From assembly GCA_030141605.1 (NCBI GenBank), contig JAQGDQ010001615.1:1-32479 (forward strand): DNA of 32,479 bases, given 5' to 3'. Within the stretch, counting starts at the first letter, position 1. The number at the start of each line of letters is the position of its first letter. The notes beneath the pieces are model-generated. The model worked only from the letters and a program-made list of their open reading frames with translations, ran no database searches and had not been told where the DNA came from. A program made the position numbers and the translations under genes. The DNA is from Tubiluchus corallicola (Eukaryota > Animalia > Priapulida). This document shows, piece after piece, positions 24,830 through 32,479 of the stretch.

Positions 24830-25385
24830 TTAATGATAATTGCTGAACGTATAGCAGTATCTGAAAAATAACAACACAACTTGATGACATCCACTGCAGA
24901 TATCGCATTATCTGTAAAATAACACCACACGTTGATACCAACTGCTGCAGGTGTAGCGGTAGGCCTATACAATACGGCTTAATAACCGCTTCACATTGTA
25001 GTAGTTTCCGAAACACATTTCAACACCATTTGATGAAAACTGCTGCAAGTGTAGTAGTGTCTGATAAATAACAATAAGGCTTAAAGTTAACTTGCACGTG
25101 CAGCAGTACGTGAAAAATAACAAGACAGCTCAATGATAACTACTCCACGTGTAGCAATTTCCGAAAAATAACAACACAGTTTGATGATAATTGTTCCATG
25201 TGTAGCAGTATCTAAAATTAAAAACACAGCTTGATGACAACTGCTACACGTGTAGTAGTATGTGAAGCATAACAACGCAGCTTGACAATAACTACTACAC
25301 CTATACCGGTATCTGAAAAATAATAACACAGCTTGGTGATAACTGCTACAGATATAGCAGTGTCTGTAAAATAACAATACAGCTA
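24830..25385. repeat. Diverged ~51-bp minisatellite, about 11 units, with palindromic core CTGCTACACGTGTAGCAG
   Basis: TATCTG anchors at 24858 and 24909. Recurring aaaataacaacacagcttgatgataactgcta. Confidence 0.92.
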
Positions 25386-26179
25386 GTTAACCTAATTTAG
25401 CATAATATTGTGAAAATAAAAATCTTTTTTCTCTCGCAACCTAGGCAAAAGTATTTTGCGCCCTGTCCTCAAGCACATCCCCTCATGTGGCTGAGTTACT
25501 TCACCGGGTCCAGTCCCAAAACTGAATTTTTGTTCAACATAATATAATGCTACCCATGTGTTATGTTTATACATGTAAAGTGAAATGTATGTACGTGAAA
25601 AAGAGGAATTATGGTTTTGAAAAATTTTCAAATGAAAAGCCTGAGCGAAAATCTATCCAAGAGAATGCAAATAGCGACCATGTAGCAAAATTGCAGAAAT
25701 TTTGATAGCTCCCGAAGACACTGGAGTCACGACACTAAGGACAGTGCGGGTCATAATTTTCAGCCACCACAACCTGCAAAAGCATAGGTAATAGGCACTT
25801 CATTAGCACTTTTTAATACATGTATTATTAAGTACCTCTTACAAATCTTATTGCAGCTTGTATTGATTGAATTTGAAACTGAATTTGTGACCCCATTGTC
25901 CTATGTCTCTAGAAGTAATCAAAATGTGCATAATGTTGACTAGATACATTCTCTCAGCCTTTTTACTTGAAAATTTCTGAAACCTAAACTCTTCTTTTTT
26001 TCACCCATATCCATTTCACTAGTTTCATCATCTTCACAACCATAACTCTGGTCTAGTTGCAAATACTTGAGGAATCTTTTTGCTGTTCAATGTCCATCAC
26101 ATTAAATAATCACTGCTAGAATTTGGAAGCCCCAAAATTTTGCGCATTAGTCAACTGCCTATAGTTTCAAATGAAGCAT

Positions 26180-26880
26180 GAAGTCTGCCTAGTGGTAGAG
26201 TAGGCTCTACATGAATAACACTGTTTTTGCTTATGTTGAAGACAGATATCTTCAAGACCGATAAAAAAATAGAAGAAGACGCTCAGTTTTTTGAAATTGT
26301 GTTTTTATACAAATGGCACCAAACAAAGGATTAGAGAAAGGTAAAAAAAGATTACAGATAAAAATAAGCTTTTAGAACCAATTCGCTCGTTACGGGAGGC
26401 ATTTGTTGGCGTTTTCGTTAAAGAAAGAATTGCAATGTTCAAGGAAACAATTTTCCAGTAAAAAATTTCACAAATAAGAAATCCAAAGGAAAACCTGGAT
26501 TCTCTCTAAGCAGCTGTTCATAGTAGGATCATTCGGGAAGAAGCAGAGGCCCATTTCAATAGCAGCTACAGGAAAATAACAGCATGTTTCTCAGAAGTAG
26601 CGACAAAAAAGGCTCTAGGCAGCAATTGATCATTAATGAGCAATGAACTTGTAGACTAATCAAAGGCAGGCAAAAAAGAATTGTAATAGAACATCAAGAC
26701 AGAGGAAGCACCGAGAAAAGCAGTTGTAGAAGAGAATAGAAATCCGTTGACTGTCATGGAAACCGTCTTTTCTTCACACATCAAACATCATTCTATGTTA
26801 GTTCTGGAAAGAAGATCTAACTATTGGAGAGTGCAAGAATCCGTTGATCTACTTCGTCGACATCATCTCACAACTGTTAC
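26180..26880 (+). mobile_element. Possible highly decayed piggyBac-like transposase remnant
   Basis: Broken-frame fragments DK..LEPIRSLREAFV (cf. DKLAPIRx(L/V)WxxF) and RRSNYW/ECKNPL (cf. the cysteine-rich tail). No DDD core, TIR or TTAA TSD confirmed. Confidence 0.3.
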
Positions 26881-26904
26881 CAGGAAACTGGTTTGATTTT
26901 AAAA

Positions 26905-27152
26905 ACCAGACGGTATAGCGTCCGCTTTCCTTCTGGAAGGTCTCGAGTTCGATGCTGCGATCGGATTATATCAGACTTTAAAAATGGTACCTGCTGTTGC
27001 TTTGGTTGAAGCGTGGTATTTATATAGGTTTAGTTTGTTATTTACAGTCGGCGACAAAAGCGTCGTGGCAGGCAAGGTTACTATTATTATTGTTATTATT
27101 ATTATTATTGTTGTTGTTGTTGTTGCTGTTGCTGCTGCTGTTGTTGTTGTTG

Positions 27153-27200
<48 letters not shown>

Positions 27201-27211
27201 TTATTATTATT
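26905..27211 (+). mobile_element. tRNA-derived SINE with (TAT)/(TGT)n tail
   Basis: A-box-like ccagacggtatagcg, B-box-like gagttcgatgc and core agactttaaaaatggtacctgctg (resembles the Meta-SINE core as I recall it), then a microsatellite at 27080-27211. Confidence 0.7.
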
Positions 27212-27324
27212 GAAGTAAATAAGTCGCTCATACGAGTCCACTGGAGGGCAGCTTAAGATACTCAGGGCACTAGTGAACTGTCTTGCATGGCACTGAATTG
27301 CCGGTTGTCATGCAGACATTACCT

Positions 27325-27673
27325 ACGCCGCCATTACCTACAGGCGTTTTTTTCCATAGTATTCAAAGCCGCCCACACGCACTTCTTTCCTACTGGATCG
27401 AACCGCTATAAGAAATGTGGGTAAAAATATATATTGTAACGGCACATACTTGTAGAAACATCCGAACTCGACCAGAAATTGATGTTAAACCTCCCACACC
27501 TTCCATTCTGGTCCATGGAAGAGGTGCTGCACCTGTCTATGTTGGTACTAAACCACGCCGCCATTACCTACAGGCGTTTTTTTCCATAGTATTCAAAGCC
27601 GCCCACACGCACTTCTTTCCTACTGGATCGAACCGCTATAAGAAATGTGGGTAAAAATATATATTGTAACGGC
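27325..27673. repeat. Two identical 119-bp direct repeats (27325-27443, 27555-27673) around a 111-bp unique spacer
   Basis: Base-for-base identical on reading. Confidence 0.96.
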
Positions 27674-27771
27674 GACGAAAAGCCATTTATCTTCATCCAC
27701 GTTTCTTATGGTTCGATCCATTATGAAGCCAATGTGTGTGGACAGTCTTGAATGTTATGGAAAAACGCCTA
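27571..27771. mobile_element. Palindromic MITE-like element (~200 bp)
   Basis: aggcgtttttttccatagtattcaa..tggatcgaacc..taagaaatgtgg matches the reverse complement of ccacgtttctta..ggttcgatcca..ttgaatgttatggaaaaacgcct. Confidence 0.65.
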
Positions 27772-28599
27772 TGTATATATACATGTACACATTCGTTTTA
27801 AAATGTAGTAAAAAATAGTGCATTTTATTAATCCCGACTGTCGACCCGCTTCAAGTCCCGAATTTGAAATGAATGCTGGGTTGGAACGGCTACTACTCAT
27901 ATGTTAACACGCCACAAACAGTAGTAATTAAAGATCGCTGTATAATAAACATACATTGTGAGGAGGCTGTCATTCGCAAAATCAGATTATCCACCGTCAC
28001 CAGACACTAATTGTTGAAAATAAATTTTAATTTGTTAACAATATTGTTTCCATTTTAGATTGATAATGAATTCAACTAAAGATAGTGAAATAGAAAACGT
28101 AGAATTTGAATGATTGAACTTGTTCCATCTGTTTATTTGTCTTACTTTTTGAATTTTATTTTCCGCTGCTTAATTTGCTTTTTCTGTTTGTTTTCATTTC
28201 GATAACAAAATACTACATTTTCTTCTTGACATTATGATGAAAACATGTTTTGATTTACAAGTGATGCTTCTTAATAATTTGTCAACTAGTACATGCAATT
28301 TCATTCTATTCTTTAACATTTTTTCACTGTAAATATATTGGCAGGTTATTGCCTACTAGTTTATTTGTTTAGTAGTGAAAAAAGTAACAATTTAACACTA
28401 ACAATATTAAATTATTGCATCACAAAATTAATATTCGGTGTCGCGTATTCTTAATTCACCTGTTATACGATTTTTGTATGTAGTTAACACACAACAAGCA
28501 CTTTAATACGATGTGACAAAACCTAACACACCACAAGTTATTATGCTTTGATAGCGCTTAAATACTGTTGCACACAAAGTAAACACTGCTGCTAACATT

Positions 28600-31100
28600 A
28601 TATGCTCAAATCCTCGCTAAGGATTTGCTGCTGTTGCTAGCTTTTTGACAGATGAGTTTTTGCAGAAATTCATCCGTATAAGAAAATGAATTTCGTTTTT
28701 GTCTAACAGTTTAATTTTATTAATTCCAGTCAAATGCGAAAAGAAATAGTGGTGAGGTAGCCATTTTAAACAAATGAATACCACAGAGTGATTGCTTAAG
28801 TCCTGAACTTTTCACTTTATATCTTGCCATAGCTCTCACTAAGAACAAAATTATACCATTGAAGGACTTTGAAGATCACAATTCAAGAGTATTTCTCTTT
28901 AATGATTTTTCCACATTTAAGCAAAAGCCCCCATGTTTCCGAGCCATAAGAAATAATAGGTCTAATAGTAGAATTAAAGATATTTGTAGTCAAACTGGTG
29001 TTCAGATCACGATACAGCAATTTGTTCAGAGTGCCAAACAGGGCTTTTTTGCCTTTATTGTTAACCACACTGATACATTTTGAAAATGGTGCGGAGGCAC
29101 AGAAATCAAGTCTCAAGTACTTGTACTTTGCACGTTTTCGTTTAGGTTACCATTATAGTAAAAAACATCTGTGTCTTTAGTTTCTCGCCGCTTTATTAAA
29201 AACTATCACCTTAGTTTAGGCAATATTTACCTTCAATGCCCAGTTACTATAAAATAAATGTAGCTTATCTAAACATGCCTGTCAACCAGCTGGGCTGTCC
29301 GACATCAATACTATGTCATCAGCATGCATCATATATTTGGTTTTGTCGCTAAAAATATACAGATTCACATTGGGAGTCAATTATATCAGGTAAGTCATTT
29401 ACATAAATGGAAAGCAAGGCAGCACTTAAGGCACATCCCTGCTTTAATCCTACGGTAGATACACAGCTATCAGTTATTCCACCTGGTAGCTTAACAGCAT
29501 GAGTAGTCTTAGAATGCATATTGCGGATAATGTTCAATAACTTGCTAGTCATTCCCATTCTAATCAGATTCACATAAAGGGCGTTACGCCACACAATATC
29601 AAAGGCTTTTTTGCACATCAATAAAACAAGCATACAGATATCTACCATTTTTCAAAAATTTATCAACAATAATCTTAAGCGAAAAAATGTGATCACTGCA
29701 CAGTAGCCCTTTCTAAAGCCTATTTGCAAGTTTGTAGTCATTTTATAGCTGTCCAAATAACTTTGAAGACGGTCATTTAATATTGTTGTGAACAATTTGC
29801 TTAAACAACTCGAAACAGCTGAAATTTGTGTGTAGGTACGATCAAACTTTCAGATCATGCTGCGGAATAGATACCATATGTGTATATAAGATTAAAAAGT
29901 TTACACAAGCTCATACATAAATGAAAAACAGAGTTAATCATCCCATTTGTAACGCCATCGGTATTGCACGCTTTCCAGTTTTTCAGTCGATTTACACACC
30001 TGTATATTTCATTCTCGGTGATCCTAAAATCTAATTCAGTAAACTGCTTAAGGCTCTCTCTACTGGCTCTGTCTATCTCTAATATGGCAGAATTGGTTTG
30101 TAAATTAGATTTATTCTGAAATCAGCTCACTGAAAGAACGAACCCCGTCTTAAGAGTCAATGGGCGTGTCACAGCACTTCATTCTATTCGTTATTCTGTT
30201 TATATTTTCCCAAAACTGAAACGGATTACTTTTTCAATAGTTTTTAAATGGTTTACAATTTTTGCTCTATGCTGACGATAGGCTGCACATTGAATTTTTT
30301 GAACTGCTTTTGTTTCATGAACAATGCATTTCACATGCTTCTATCACACGGGTTTTATTAAAATTCCCTATTTAATTTTTTACCACTCTATAGGTGGCAG
30401 CACACTCCTTATTGAAACCAAGGCTATTAGATTGCTTGGGTTTTGCAGGTAATTTATTTCTTCTGGCCCGGTTCCGATTAGATGCAGCAAGCCTTTGTTT
30501 CGTTAGACTACTATTTTAGAATACATCTGATAAATAGCCAAAAAATTTTCACACGGTTCATCAACATTGGATTCATCAAAATTTCTTAATTTAAATTCTA
30601 AGATCATTTCTTGGACCTGTCTACTACACAAAGATCCAAAAATTCATTTTGATTCGTTTTTATCCACTTAAATGCAGCTGGTAACGGTCGTAACTTACTT
30701 TCTACTTTATGTGACCTAAGGTAATTTAACCCAGTTAGACAAAATTCATCACACAATAATCAGAAAAAATATTTTTATTATGTACAGTAAAATATGTAAT
30801 TTTCTAATAAGTTTTGACTTGCAATAGTATAATCGACTGCGCTTGAATAATTATATTTCCAGCAGAATCACCCAGGGTGCGCCCATTAATTATTCTAATG
30901 TTAGATGATTTACATAAGTCAAGCAGCCGAGATCCATGCTCGTCTACCTGGCTGTAATCAAAAGAATTTCGTTCATGTAATTATTCATACATACGAGTCA
31001 TACATATATTCTCTAGGGACACGTACATACTTGTCATAATCATTTTCTATAAAATCATGTTCTATATTAGCCTCGCATTGAAATCCCCTGTCAAAAGTCC
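28600..31100 (-). mobile_element. Decayed RTEX-like LINE ORF2 (EN C-terminal half and RT)
   Basis: LTGDFNAR, DEHGSRLLDLCKSSNIRIINGRTLGD, SAVDY, VSSCLSKLFTTILNDRL, QIGFRKG, KKAFDIVWR, GLKQGCALS, HADD (~29320) and PIISYGSETWG. Many frameshifts. Confidence 0.88.
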
Positions 31101-32375
31101 CCTGTCCCCGTTATTGAGTTTGCTTTGTTGTGGGATTTGCTTTACGTTTTTATATGGTGCATGTACATTAAGGCAATATTCGACATTATATGTCAGAATA
31201 TTAACTTGTGTATCTATTTTATCAGTCATATATATGGAGGTCCAGTTCATTTTTGCTAAGTCGATTAAGTATGAATGTTTGTTGTATTGGGCGTAGTCTC
31301 TCATTAAATGACAGACTGAATTTTGGTTATTATTATGCTGTGGGGTCATTTTATCTACTAATATTGTGAAATGATGATCTGAATAATCACACGGGAAAGT
31401 ATCATATGCTACGAAATTATTGTTACTATTCGAAATGAAATGGTCGATTACTGTGGCTGATGTTTTAGAAATTCGAGTAGGTTTATTGTTGTTAAGTATG
31501 TGGACATTATATTGTTTTAAAAGCTCTGTGTATGTTTTGTATGCCAGTGTGTTTGTAGCTAAAATATCAAGGTTGAAATCGCCCATTATAAGAACTTTTT
31601 TATTTTCGAAAACACTGCGTTCTAGTTCTTCACTAAAATATTTGAAAAATGTTTTGTGTTTGAGATTGGGTGGTCTATATATGGTTCCTATTACATAGTT
31701 CTCAATGCTGCACCAAACAGATTCAATCTTGCCGGTTCTGATGCCTTTCATTTCTTGTGGTCTCAGGTGTGAAGGTATATACATCGCAACCCCTCCACCT
31801 TTCTTATTTTTACATCTATCTCTTCTTATTAATGTGTGATTAGGTAATTCTATAGTGTTGCTAAGTATTTGTTTATGTAGCCAAGTTTCTGTTGTGCCTA
31901 CAATCAGATTTTCGGTGGCGTGAATTGTATCTTTCAGCAGCCAGTGTTTTTTGACGAGACTTTGAATATTTATATTTAGAAATTTGATGTTCTTTTTATA
32001 AGTAATCATGCATTTTTTTAGCTCATCACTGGTATTATTATTGTTGGTGTTATTATTATTATTATTTGGCAAAATGGGTCCAGGGTTAGTTGCGATACCA
32101 CCAAGTATAAGTAGTAAACGAATTATGGTTAAAATGTAAGCCAGTTCAGAACATGAGTATAGAGTGCTTTCAAATTTAGATGAAATCTGTAATTTTTCCA
32201 ATTTTTTTAGTGCTACGTATTTTAGATTGACATGACGCATTTGTCTTATAGCACCGAGGTACACAACTTTTAAGATGGATACAAATCTTTTTAAAATAAA
32301 TTGCATAGAGTGTCTTATTCTATCGCTATTTACAGGAAAAGCAATGAAAAAGTTGTTTAAATTGCCTTTAGTCAT
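31101..32375 (-). mobile_element. 5' part of a CR1/L2-group LINE ORF2: open APE-type endonuclease frame with an upstream 2A-like motif, RT missing
   Basis: The 437-aa ORF has NIQSL, ETWL, RDR..GGGV, IYRPP, GDFN, PTR..IDH and SDH, plus HAP. LLLILGGIATNPGP precedes the EN domain. Confidence 0.9.
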
Positions 32376-32479
32376 TACATTATTACTGTTACATTACATT
32401 ACAAATTACTGTTACGTAGATCATTTTCAGTTTTAGTATGGATAGTAATGTACGTAGTATAACTAAGACGTAAGCATAG

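Overview
AT-rich animal (most likely invertebrate) genomic DNA. It holds one host gene: a two-exon, minus-strand TCF21/musculin (MyoR)-family bHLH transcription factor. Exon 1 CDS is 18843-18559, the phase-0 GT-AG intron is about 5.9 kb, and exon 2 CDS is 12629-12510 (not in the ORF track), giving 134 aa. The rest is repeat-derived: decayed and nested non-LTR retrotransposons (an RTE inside a CR1/L2-type LINE, an RTEX-like LINE inside another, and a CR1/L2-type endonuclease ORF with a degenerate 2A-like motif fused to an RTEX-like LINE). It also holds a hAT MITE with an 8-bp TSD, a tRNA-derived SINE, three minisatellites (34, 31 and ~51 bp) and many microsatellites. Several long inverted repeats lie in and around the bHLH gene. 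I see no clear new multi-gene system. The most interesting signals are the foldback structures around the gene, the candidate cis-regulatory clusters, and the repair or chimera scars in the LINEs. LINE clade names come from recalled motifs and LINE boundaries are approximate.
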